Assembly (NCBI RefSeq): GCF_964204645.1
Contig: NC_134025.1
Span: 3,224,001 to 3,288,000, forward strand
DNA length: 64,000 nucleotides
Direction: 5' to 3'
DNA from: Tubulanus polymorphus
Lineage: Eukaryota > Animalia > Nemertea
Position 1 is the stretch's first letter. Every line of letters begins with the position of its first letter. Of the stretch, positions 1 through 12,393 are shown in pieces. The notes under the pieces are model-generated. The model did not search any database. It was not told where the DNA came from and saw nothing but the letters and a program-made list of their open reading frames with translations. Position numbers and translations under genes: made by a program.

Positions 1-20
1 TGATAAGATTAATGAACAAC

Positions 21-3000
21 CTTGTCATACGTATATCGAGTATCCATACTTGACACCCCTAATTTCGTGATAAACGGAGCATAATCACTACCACTGCCCA
101 ATATCTGAATACTGCAAAGATAAAACAGCTCCGAAATGCTCCATCATTGTGAAATAATAGATTATTGAAAACCGTCTGATAATCTTACGTTGGTACGGTT
201 GAGTTTGAAAACTGTGCCCATTTGTCATACAACGTCTTCTTTCCAAAACCTACTTCAGTCGTGTTTGGATTTGGTACCTTCGGAAAATATTGAAATCGCT
301 TTTCAATTTCATACAAATGGTCATCATTTGAAATAGAAACATCAATGATTTATATTTACTAATTTTGCTGCTTCGTGTAAGACTTTCGAAAGAAGCGGCG
401 TTCCTTTAACTTGTATGGAATGATTACCTAAAATAAACAGAATGAAATGAAAAGATTGACAAAGATATGAAAAATTAAGTTTTGAAAATATGAGCTCAAT
501 CATATACTCACCCTGAACTGCGATGTCAACATTAAGGTAAGCTACAGCCCGTTCACCTAGACTCTTAGTGAAATGCTATATATTGAAAGTGAAAAAAAAT
601 TGAAAGTTGAGTAAAATGGAGCCATATGCAGATTACACACTACAATAAGACATGTTTTTATATTATACCTCAACCCATTCCGTCGATCCAACTAATCCAT
701 ACTCTTCTGCACCCCAACTACAGAACATCAATGACCTTCGAGGTCTCCATCCTTGAATTATTCGAAATTAATATATATAAAACATTTATCATTTATGATT
801 CAAGTAATGCGTGGATATGAATCAATGACGAACCTTCTTTTACAAGTTTTCCAAATACGCGGCTGAGTTCGACCATTGCTGCAGTTCCGCTGGTTGGGTC
901 AACGGCTCCGAAAACCCAAGCGTCTCTATGATTACCTAATAGTACGTATCTGTCAGGCTCCATATCTCCTCTTATAGTTCCGATAACATTATAGACAGTT
1001 TTTATTATATTATACGTTTGAACGTTCAACTGAACTTGCCTGAAAATTAAGGATGAAACATTTACATTGTACATATAGTGGAACCTCGTTATAACGAACT
1101 TACGGAGCCCCTGAGGGGACATGGTTAGAAATAGATATCTTTTTCCGTTCGAACGAAATAATCTTTTCGTGGGAACGAAATGATTTCGTTGGAACGAAAA
1201 AAATTTATATTAATCATGATATCGGGGCTCCGTACGACATCCAGGGGACGTACAAGAAAATATGTTCGTTATAACTTATAATTCGTTTTCGGTATCAATT
1301 TCTTGAACTGTGGTATTAATCACTGAACTTACCATGAACTGTCAACGAATCCAGGTCCAAGTTTGTATTTTATCCCTGGTATGGCACCTTGCCATTTATC
1401 AGGGGCATCCTTACCAGCGAGATTTCTGGAATTTGATAAGACCGAAGAGTATATGATAGATGTCTCTGAAATTATAGGAGCACAAGAATAACATCTGAAT
1501 AAGTCCACACTGATTTGTTATGCCCCGACCTTAGCAATGTCTGTGCATCGTCGTAACCTATCGGATGACTAGGAATTTTCGGGATATCGATATCCTCTTC
1601 AGAAATACGATATGCAGAAGCTAAAATTGATAGCAAACAATTCAAAACCCGTTTCGTAGAAATAACTACAAACTGGATGTACAAAACGATTTCTTCCCCC
1701 CACGAGTCCCGAATTTTAACATGTCCTTTAGTTTCTAAAACTTACATATCGAAGGATAACCAAGTGTTTGTGGATCTCCCTTGTCTATTAGCAACGTTCC
1801 TCTTTGCACACCTGTGCCGGGTAGCCACCACGTTTCAGGGAATACCTTGACATTTGTATCTGGTGCGTAATTTGCGGGATCACTGTATAAAATCATCCCT
1901 TTACAACCGAACTCCTCCCCAAATTTCACCTAATCAAAGGCAAAATAAACACAGGATTAATCGGAATTTGTTGAACGATACGTTAATCTAATTAGATAAA
2001 AGATGATATAAACAAAGTCATACTTTATCTCCTCTAAATATCATTCCATATCTTGCCAGACAGAGTTTCCCAGATATATCAGTTGTCTTATTTAACCAAT
2101 TGAAATCTTCATAGCGGCCGTAATTCACATAGACAAGCTGACCCTAAAAGATAATTTCCAGACTATCAAATATGAATCATCAATATTTTCAGTTTATCAC
2201 GCAACTGTGTTACGCAGTGATTACTGGCATCAGTAGATTATTATGAGGCACATTGTTAGATATATGAATATTATCAGTTGATGGCAAAATTGATAAAAAA
2301 TTTGTCTATGCTTTATTATTGTACGAATGTTTTTATTGTAAAATGTACATATGTATAATGGAAGAAAGAGAATATATGTGAAAATATTATAGAACGATGT
2401 AACAAAAAGAAATCGTCTTTACGTGTTAAAATGAATCTCAAACTTACTCGTGGATTTCCTGCTACTGAATATGCGTTAAATGGAGGAACAACATCGGGTT
2501 GACTTTGGTCTGGACTCAGCACCTTCTCTGCGAGTTGTGAAGTGAATTTAGCTCTGCCAGTTCCATCATACAGGACGACTGTGTTCGGTTGGGAAGTATT
2601 TGGATAGGACAGCAGAACGTCATAAGGTTGCAATTTTACGTGATCGAACCCATATTCAGTCCAAATATCTCTAATTCGTTCTGCAAGCTCTTTACTACCC
2701 TCGGTTCCTGCGAGGTGTGGATGCAGTGTAAATTCCCTGAAACATAGAATTTATAACAAAATATACATTAATCCATTTAGAATGTTAGTAATTGTTTCTA
2801 ATATCGATCATAAAAGATGAATTCTTCGATTAACTTACTTTAGATTTTGTCTGATTTTTTCAGAATTTATCTCTTTCAATAGTTTTTGTTGTATACTTGG
2901 ATCGCCATCTCTGATGATGTTCTTTGAAACTCCAGATAAGTATGTACCATTTACATTCGAATCACCACGCGCAATAAGTAATCCAATAACTAATCCCAGT

Positions 3001-3191
3001 ACAAATATCACTACAGCGCCAATAATCACTGCCAAAGCTACTTTTAGTCTTCGTTGCATCGTTATTTGTTTAGTAGTAGTTGTTCTAACCAGATGAACAA
3101 ATTCTGTGTCTGCCCAATCAAAGTCATCCGAATCAGAACTCTTCTCTGACCTTAATAGGGGCACATCCCCAGTATTTCTATGTCTAACCAT
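21..3191 (-). CDS. Glutamate carboxypeptidase II / NAALADase-like type II membrane peptidase (M28 family), 5' part; 3' end lies beyond the left edge
   Basis: GT-AG exons 2839-3191, 2448-2736, 2024-2143, 1746-1929, 1530-1620, 1333-1425, 834-1039, 669-751, 512-575, 360-427, 189-277, 21-111. N-terminal TM anchor ([24 protein letters not shown]), [16 protein letters not shown]-domain [11 protein letters not shown], and M28 motifs [35 protein letters not shown]. Vertebrate paralog (FOLH1/NAALAD2/NAALADL1) cannot be assigned. Confidence 0.93.
1076..1280. mobile_element. Nested MITE-like elements in a NAALADase intron
   Basis: Inner element 1103-1232 has ends CGGAGCCCC / GGGGCTCCG, TA on both sides and internal TTCGTTnnAACGAA palindromes. 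It interrupts an outer Tc1/pogo-like end (TAGTGGAACCTCGTTATAACG ... TTCGTTATAAC). Confidence 0.6.
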
Positions 3192-3810
3192 TTCCCCTCA
3201 TTGGTCGATTAAATGCGGGTCAACCAATAGAATTCAATTGAAGGATATCGTCTTACTTTTTTATAGCACGATATTCACCGCCGAAATGTATCCTATTTCC
3301 ACTACTAGTTGCCACTAGTTCAAAAGACCATTCCTAGCATATTTGACGATTATCTTATGCATTATTTCGTTGGAATTAATTGATGAAAAGCTAAACGTCT
3401 CAGACTATCCAAATGATTAGCCAACATCGAGATATCAAGAGAATATCTATTTAGCTATGTCACAATGCTGTGGTGTGCATATGGTAGTAGTATGACGTGT
3501 GTCACATGCTATATACTGGTAGGTGCCTCGCGTTCGTTTAATTTGCTTAAAAATAAGAAATGTCTGATACGATATGCAAATACTTCAGTATATATTGTTC
3601 ACAAATATTTCAACAACTGGATTAAATGCAAAATTTGCCACAATTCGTTCCAGCGCAGGGTCCGACTGTGAGTCTTTATCCCGAGTAACCCGGGGGCCCG
3701 GTCGTAGGAAGCTCGAGGCCCAGGTACGCTGAGAACTAGGCATACTGCTGGGGATTTTTAATTACTATAATGACGAGGTAAAACTTCGCAATGAATCGCG
3801 AAAGAAGGGT

Positions 3811-3960
3811 AAAACCTTGAAATATTGTAATGTTAAAATTTGATAAAAATCCGAAATTTCGGGGTTTTCCTAAAAACCATATAACGTCAGGTTTTTATTG
3901 AAAAATCGAAAATTCGGATTAGCCTACCTAATTTTAACATAACGAAATTTTCAGTTTTTT
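3811..3960. repeat. Degenerate ~150-bp inverted repeat between NAALADase and Nova
   Basis: Left arm ATGTTAAAATT..AATCCGAAATTTCG..TAAAAACC pairs with right arm GGTTTTTA..CGAAAATTCGGATT..AATTTTAACAT across an ~11-nt loop. Confidence 0.55.
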
Positions 3961-4384
3961 GGCTTTGTGATGGTGGGAGTTGTATCTTTAATATAATGTC
4001 CAGTATCTGTTTTGACGGTGTCCTGGCACCCGCCGCCGGCGCTTCACTGATTGCAAGAAATCCATTTCCGTGTTTTCCATGATATATCCAATTCCGTGTT
4101 TTATGAAAATGTTGAGTTAAGTCCTAATCCATGTTTTATGTTTTACCTGTAATGATAACTACCGAAAGAAACACTACCAAACATTTAAAAAAAACATTAA
4201 TTTCTGATAAATGAAGCTAATTTCGTGTATCTGAGGATCCGTTTTGACGTATTTAGATACTTTTCGGTTGATATTTGATTAAAGTTTGATTAATTAAGCG
4301 TTAATGGTTTTTCCCGATGATTCGGTAATTTCCGGATTTGCGTCACTAGTCTCTAATGTCATTCGCGAAGTGTTCCGAACAATT

Positions 4385-7300
4385 ATGGCCCAAAATGTTA
4401 CAGCGATGGAAACGAGTGACTCCAGAAAAAGGCCCCTGGATGGTGAAATAGACTCCGGAGTCACTAAAAGATCCAACCCAGGGGGAGGTAAGAATATATT
4501 TGAATTATCTGTGATTTTTCATTTTAAACGCTATGCAGATTGATATGTCCAGACTTTCACTCAGACTCATGCAGTGCCAGCCAGCCAGCCAGGTTAACAA
4601 CCGGTCAGCCACACCTTCACCTTTGACTGGTTGTTATTATGTTACGTCTGGCTCCACACGATAATGATTTGATCCGACCTAACTAATTTCTTGCAATTTT
4701 AATGAATTAATGATAATTGTGCATGTAAGTGCAAATCCAAATGCCAACTCTAATAACTGACTGCTATCTATGCTGCTATTGTGGGTCAGAAAGCAAAACG
4801 GCTGTCAAACCAGGCAGTCAGTACTGTACTGACTGACAGTAGATTGTTATAATGTTTTATGTGTTGCAAAAGATTTACTACTGGTAATAATTGGTCTGGT
4901 TAGTTTAGCTTTAATAATCCGATCTAGGCTTGTGGTTTGAGAGATGTAAACGTAAAACCACAGAGTGAGAGTGGTTTACCTACGCAGTTAACCATGCCTG
5001 GATTGCAGGTTGCAACGCTTACCACATGGGATGGCCTTCTTTCGATCCGGGGCATTGGGAGGATGTCTGAATAATGGCCCATCTTACTGGTTAACCTTGG
5101 GATTAATGGTTTTAGATGCTAGGACTTCAGGTCTTCATGTCTATTGCACCGATATTCACAAATTATTTCTTTCATTTCAGAAATGGCAGATAGTAAGTAT
5201 ACAAAATCCGGTAATCAGAAATCCTCGGTACTCATAGATGTAAATATTGTGGTACAAATCATGGTACCTAAGTCGATATAATTATTTTCAGGTGATCATG
5301 TACATTTCAAAATCCTTATTCCAAGTATTGCTGCCGGAGCCATTATTGGCAAGGGAGGTGAAACTATTGCGCATAAACAAAAGGATACAGGGGCCCGGAT
5401 AAAGATGTCGAAAGCAAATGATTTTTATCCCGGTATGTTGAGAAATTATATACACAATAGATAATGTCTCTTCAAGTAATGCCTTAGCTCAGTTTGTACT
5501 GTATCAAAGGATTGCCAACATACATGGAAATATATATGTTTAATCTTCAGAAAATGAATTACTTTTCTCTTCATTCAACTTGAGTAAAAGGCTTTTTGGC
5601 AATCCTTCAATACTGTGTAATATGGATTAAATGCCAATTTTTTAGTTGAGCTACCCATCTATGCTGATCATTTCAAGACTTATCAAAAATGCATTACCAA
5701 AACTTATTTGAGCTAGGGCGCCTGATGTCCGTTCAAGCAAGTCGAAAGACACCCTTTACCTCAGTAGCAATGCCTGTTCTAAATGTATATTTGCGTCAAT
5801 GCAGGAACGTCGGAACGTATTTGCCTCATCACTGGAACTGTTGAAGCCATCACAGTCATGCACAATTTCATCACTGAGAAGATATTAGAAAAACCGGATC
5901 CTAATCCAAAACCAGCTGAAGGAGAGGTCAAGGTAAACTTGGAAAGACACAAACAGGTGAATATCGACGAGATTGGCATGCATTGTTTCAACTTCTAGAA
6001 TTCACTCTCAAACAATCATCGTTCCTTTAATTCACCAATGAAAACTGCATCCCATCAGAAATTTATGTGTTTGTGTCATTTGCAAGTGGTCAGAGAAATG
6101 TTAATACAATCGTGTTCGGGTTTTAATGAATTATCTTAAATGTTTCGATGGTATTAATGTGAAAGAGTTAAGAATAAATATATGGTATATGGTATGAATG
6201 AATGCATAAAAATTCTACACTCACGAAGAAAATAAGAGTCTGAAAATGTTTTCATTATTAACTAAAGGAAACCTTTTTGGACGTTTTCTTTAAGAGTGTG
6301 GGATTTCATTACAACATGGACAGAGTGTTTCGTCGATGGTTATGATTGATCTCATTTCATTTGTTTTTGGTTTCCACATCATTTAGAGAATGAATGTGTC
6401 TCATGTGTTTGATGGTGGTTATGTGTGTCTTGTATGTGTGATACATTACACCATTTCATCTTCCTGATGCCGTCCTCTATCCAACATTTGATTGGAGATA
6501 AACTAAGCAGGAAGGTTGTTTTAATGTTGACAGGTGTTTGAATATCATAGTGACTAATTCCCTGGTACTGGTATATAAATACAGCTAGTAACTGTGTTAA
6601 TTTAACGGTTACATTTGAATTTTAAGTTAATGGAGTCGAATACTTGAAAATGAATTTTTAAATTATAAACAGTGATTCCGATGGATTCAAGATACAGGAT
6701 TTCATGTAAAACATTTTGGAAAATGTAGATCTTTGTCCTGGTTATCATTAAACCTCATCGATAAGTTTTAAGTATGGATAATAGCAAAAATAGGGCCTAT
6801 TAGAGGAGTTCACTTTTATGTGGAGAGTCAATCATTTAGAATATTGAAATTTTGAGACTGGGCAAATGGCATTCATTAAGGGGTAGTATTCACTGTTATA
6901 GAAGTTTTACAATATATTGCCATTGAATGCGTATTATAGTTTTTGTTTCCTGTTTACGTATATTTCGTAGGTGAAAATTCTAGTTCCAAACAGTACTGCT
7001 GGAATGATAATCGGTAAAGGAGGGAATTACATCAATCAGATTAAAGAAGAAAGTGGGGCTTATGTGCAAATATCGCAGAAATCAAAGGATGTCAATCTGC
7101 CGGAGAGATGTGTTACTGTTTCAGGTAAATATTCATGATAGCTAAGATTCAATCTTATCCCCAAACATTACGTACTTATATCACATCATCCATTTCATTC
7201 TCTACCGACGAATACTAAGTGCCATGTAGCATACCTAAAGCCGACTGGACCAACATCAGGAGTACAGCTTTGTTGTATTCCAGATAACCATATCTTTGTA

Positions 7301-8371
7301 GGTGATATGGAAAGCAACAGAAAAGCTGTAGCACTTATTCTTCAGAAGATTGCTGAGGACCCGCAGAGCGCTAGCTGTCCAAATATTAGCTATGCCGATG
7401 TTACTGGTCCTGTAGCTAGTGCCAACCCGACCGGATCCCCTTTCGCCCAAACTCAGCCCGCTAGTCGCGCTGACGCGCCACCTAATGTCGTAGCGTGTGG
7501 AAATAACCTTAGTAATACAATTGGCGCGGGAATCAACAATCTGAACTTGAATACGTCGATGGCTGGTGCTGCTGGAATGTTCGGAGCCGGAGCTATGAAC
7601 GTGAATAATTTTAGTTTGGAGCAGCTTAAAGCAACACTCCGAGGTAGTGGTTATTCCGAACAGGCTGCTGACGAAATCAGTGCCGCCATGTGCACTCTTG
7701 CCAGTTACGGCCTGATGGGAATGGGAATGAGTGTTGGCCAACAGGGCAGTTTTAGTTTAAACCTTGGGGGTGGAACGGGTTTAGGTGGATTGAATCTTGG
7801 AAGTGGTCCCGGATCTTTTGGTAACGCGAATAATTTAGGAAATCCGTCTTCTGCTGGTATGGATACCGGGTCGGGGATGTTTGGGCCAGTGGGTAGTGGT
7901 TCATCCGCGATGGGGGGTCAAACTGCTGCTGCTAGTGCTAGTCTTTTCAGTAATGCCGCGAATAACCCAGAAGCTAATAGCGCTTCGATGTTCACCGAAT
8001 ATAATACGGGGCCTTACAGTCAAGGATTTGCGGGAACGGGTGACAGTCTTAATCAAAATTCTTTCGGGTTAGGTCCGTGTACGTCTTTCCAAGGTCCGGG
8101 CGGCGATGACAAGTCGAATAAACGGGAAATTGAAGTAGCTGATAACTTGGTCGGTGTGATATTAGGACCAGGTGGTAAGGGTATCGTCGAATTACAACAC
8201 TTCACCGGGGCTAACATTCAAATCTCCAAGAAGGGCGTATACGCCCCCGGTACGCGTAATCGCATCGTGACTATCACCGGTAACCCCGAAAATGTCAGCC
8301 GCGCCCATTTCCTTATTCAACAAAAGCTACAACAGGAGGAGGCCCGTCGCAGGCAAAATCCCGTGCACTGA
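4385..8371 (+). CDS. NOVA: Nova/pasilla neuronal KH-domain splicing regulator
   Basis: Exons 4385-4487, (optional 5181-5210), 5292-5432, 5805-5956, 6971-7124, 7302-8371. Nova [11 protein letters not shown]; KH1 [35 protein letters not shown]; KH2 [18 protein letters not shown]; [27 protein letters not shown]; KH3 [37 protein letters not shown]. Confidence 0.97.
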
Positions 8372-8379
8372 ACTGTCGC

Positions 8380-8515
8380 CCATCATTCAATCATTTATTC
8401 ATCGGATAGTCATCAACCAATCATCAAACTGCTAGTGAATTATCATCATCTGTGACTTTGTTTTAGCTGAACACTCATATTCATTATTGTTTTCCACGAA
8501 CTTTCAGTCATCCAT
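8380..8515 (+). promoter_or_regulatory. YCAY cluster (Nova-binding element) at the start of the Nova 3' UTR
   Basis: 13 YCAY tetramers counted by hand in ~136 nt immediately after the stop codon. Confidence 0.6.
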
Positions 8516-8600
8516 ATATAGATATAGAATATATATATATATATACATATACATATGTGTGTGTATATATATATGTATAATAGTGTATATATATATATAC
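8516..8600. repeat. Compound (TA)n/(TG)n microsatellite
   Basis: ATATATATATATATACATATACATATGTGTGTGTATATATATAT seen directly. Confidence 0.85.
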
Positions 8601-11600
8601 ACGCGCATTCATACGCCGATCGTGACCGTTATTTAGGAAGACTAAAACAGATATTTTATCGATGTTAACGTCTTTGTGTAATTACAGTTTAAGCACCGAC
8701 GTGTGCCGCGATCAAAGTGATCATCATTTCTTCATTTATCATTATTATGTATTGAATCCCGTCGGGATTTTATCGTTGAATTGTTATTTTGTAAAAGTCT
8801 GTTGTGTACAGTGCTTATCACATAAAAGTTGTTGGCTCTATATATACTTAAATATCGGCTGTTGAGTTATATTGCCGTGGTGGTGTCTTTGATTCTCCTA
8901 TCTATTTTCACAGACCCCAGCGGCCCTGCATGATCTGTTTGTGTAGTGGGAGTGCTGGCCTGTGATATCTGTATAGAAATTGTTACAGTATTATAATCAT
9001 TAACAGCGTTGAATATTTGGAATTTTGTGGTTCATTTCATTTTGTTTTATTTTGATTTTTTTTTGTTTTTTGGTTGAAACGAATTGCTATGAAATTCGTA
9101 AAGATGTCTTTCAGCGACTGAAATTAATTATTCGGGATTAACAGTTTGTCATTACTCTCTGCTTCATTCTGAAATTCAAAGAAATGTTTTACCAATCAAT
9201 TTTCATGAAAGTTTCTTATTTTTCGATATCGTATATCTTCTGTGTGAGTGTGTGATTGCATCAGAGTGTACATCCGACCACTTGCCCCATCAGTATTTCA
9301 AAGTACTCCGCTTAAAAGCAAAAATGCTCATTGAGATTTTCACTAAAAGTAGCGAGATTAGAAATTATTGGAGTCCTATTTTTTCATTCAACGTCAATGA
9401 TGCATTTTTGTGAAGCGAAAGTATTGTTTTCATTTTCATCGAAGGAAAGTCTGACGGAATAATCTGGAATCTCCCAAAGTTTCCAGTGTTTTAGACAAGG
9501 ATTCGACATCATTCAACACATGTCTGCTTTTCCTTTTCATTACAGCAACCTTATAATAGTCAATTCAAGGATGTTTCAATATTCATTTGATTGTTACGAT
9601 GTATTTTGAAGTGTTCTTGCATTGTCATATCAACACAAATCATTTTGGATTAATTATACTGCGTGACTATGAAATAAAATGTATTGTATTGATGTTTGAT
9701 TGAAGAACATGCACTGTAAAATTGATCTGAAATGTTTTGTATCATACCCATTTCACCAAGACTGGTGTAACTGGTCGATGTTCCTGGGCACTTATACTGA
9801 AAGTGTCACCTGAAGATACCATCTTTCAGGTATAGTATTTCATGAGGACTTCATCAGAAAATCACCGAGCTATACTGTACAACGATTTCATACCTTTCAA
9901 GCTTAGAAAAAACACGTTTTTCGTGAAATGATACTGAATAAGATGGTGATTTTTTGGCGAAGCCCTTCACTGTTATCCTGTTTCTCAAGCAATACATGTG
10001 CATATCACCAGTACATGTAGCTACCCCTCAGATTTCACTGCCATATTCATTAGTTCATTTCAGTAAGATACATTGTGATTACCATTACATGTACATACTT
10101 GGGATGATTTAAATATAGATGAATTCTACTAATTGCAATTTCAGTCAAAATTAGTTTTAGATTTTAACAATTTGTTCCTAAAAGATGATCAGAATTAATT
10201 CTAATTTGACGATGATTAATGTTGTTATAACTGTAACTCTCATGCAGTAAGTATTGATCTAATTTAGAATTGCCGTGTAATATTTCTACCTCGATCAACA
10301 GCTGTCCAAAAACAATCATACATCTTATATTTATATATACATATTTCAACCCAAAAATAGCAGGGGTTCCCTGGAGGTTTTAATGGGTAATTATTGAAAT
10401 CATCTCAACAGCTGTTAATAGTTAAAGGTAGCTCATTTGTGACCGTTGTCATATTGACTACTAATAATATAAACAATGGCGTTTCAATTGCATTGATCTT
10501 GGATATTGGGGAATTAGGTAAGTCTTAATAATTAAAAGATGACGGGAAGAATTTGTTGCGTGAATGGTTTGCTCTCATCTCACTTGCTTGTTTTCATGCA
10601 TGTTTCATCATTTTCATAAGTGGTGAAATCTCTTCATTGAAGCATCAATCATTCGTGAGCTTGGATCCTGCTCTGATTTTGCGATATTTGTCTTAATAAT
10701 CCGTTCAATTTCGAATGTATTTGTTTATCATTCCGTCACGAGCAGAGTCCAAATCTATAAAGCATAATGATCATTTCTGAATTCATTGCCATACCTAGAA
10801 TTGCTGGTCATTTCAGAATTGCAAGGTCTTGTCAATCTCAATTGTGCATGGATATTTGCCTGAGCAGTTTCAAATTATTCCCATGATAGCAAATGAAGAC
10901 TAATGCAAACCTGAATGAATGTTTTTTGTATGGGAGTATGGTCTGGCGTCAATTAATAAGTCATTTGTACTCAAAACAGAGATGTTCAATTTGATTTTAT
11001 ATTTCAAAAAAATGAAATATTTATCTCGTTATGAGTGCAATTTTCATTCATATTCACCGAATTGTGTGACGAATGTGTGAAATTTTCCTGATCATGCACT
11101 TAATAAAACATTCTGATTTTTGGTCTTCCAGAACATCATTGTAACTGTACCGAGTTACAACATGCACATATACAACGACTCAAGGTCCTTCAAACTTTCG
11201 TTTCGAGTCAAATATTTTATCGCTCATAAAATGCATTATCCATTAACCCCTGATTTCAACTAGTTTTAATGATCTAAAAAAGATGGTTCCTTTTGTTCCA
11301 CTAGTAAAATGTCTGGTGCATTCTGTAGCTCATGAAATGGTCTCTTTTTCAGCATTAGTAACGATATGTCAATCAATATAATATATATTATTTGTTCTGC
11401 TTCGTCAGTCTTAGAACCATTCAGTATTTGGCTATTGTTTGTTTCTTTAGGTGGATGAAATCACCAGTGTAAGGAACCGTCTGAAAACGAATCTGCTGCC
11501 TATCAGTATGATGGTACTGTAATAATGTTACCATTCGGAATACAAGGTACTTCTAATTACCTTATATACAATAGACTCTATTTACCCTGGAGTCGATTGC

Positions 11601-12393
11601 CTCGGATAATCGCGTGCCCCAGACAATACATAACAAATTTGCCAACTCCCAATTTGTCGTGATTAAGACCTATCCTGTCTCCCAACTGCCTAAGAGGATA
11701 TATCAGTCCTACAAGATCCAAGGAAAGCAGAGTCTACTGTAATATCTGTGCGATAATTATTCCGTTTTCAATCGGTGAACATTGATTACGGTAAATCAGT
11801 TTCTTTTTCAGGAATGGTGAATGTATCAGTCCATCCAATGAGAAAAAAAATACATTGTAGTGGAATACTCAAAAGTTGTTGTTCAACTTCATAACAAGTG
11901 AAGAAATAAACATCAGTAGAACATTCATATAACAGACTCAATAGTTTCTTACGTTTCTTTCGAGGAATCTGGACATTTCGCAAGTTGATTGCCTGATCAT
12001 CGCAGCTAGCGATATAAATCTTCAGCATCAGAGAAAAATAAACACTTGAATTTAGATAAATATCTTTTAATTCGTATGATTAAATAGATTTTCTAGATAC
12101 CGTCATGTAACAATAATACTGGAATATAACGAGATGCATCAAAAACTGATGGCATCTTTATACTTGATATGCACTAATAACTATTTACTACTAATAAATA
12201 TATTTCGATGCAGCAGAAAAAAAACGAGGAATAGTTTTGATATTGAAACGTAAATACAGTAAACCATGCATTAGTGACAGCTTAAGTGAAAAATACCATC
12301 TTAAGCCGTAATTTCATTCAATCGCGTGAAAACAACTTTCCCAAAGTCTGAGAAAGGATGGTCGATGTATTGTATTTGAAAGACTGCCGAGAT

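Noticed and set aside
3241-3249. Minus-strand ATATCCTT resembling a U12 donor
   Set aside because: About 50 nt upstream of the NAALADase ATG, with no room for an intron and no U12 branch site.
7256-7741. 161-aa antisense ORF
   Set aside because: Shadow of the GC-richer Nova coding exon; no recognisable motif.
11786-12028. 80-aa minus-strand ORF as an alternative GCHFR tail
   Set aside because: GCHFR already ends canonically at 12394, the ORF resembles nothing I know, and splice support is weak.
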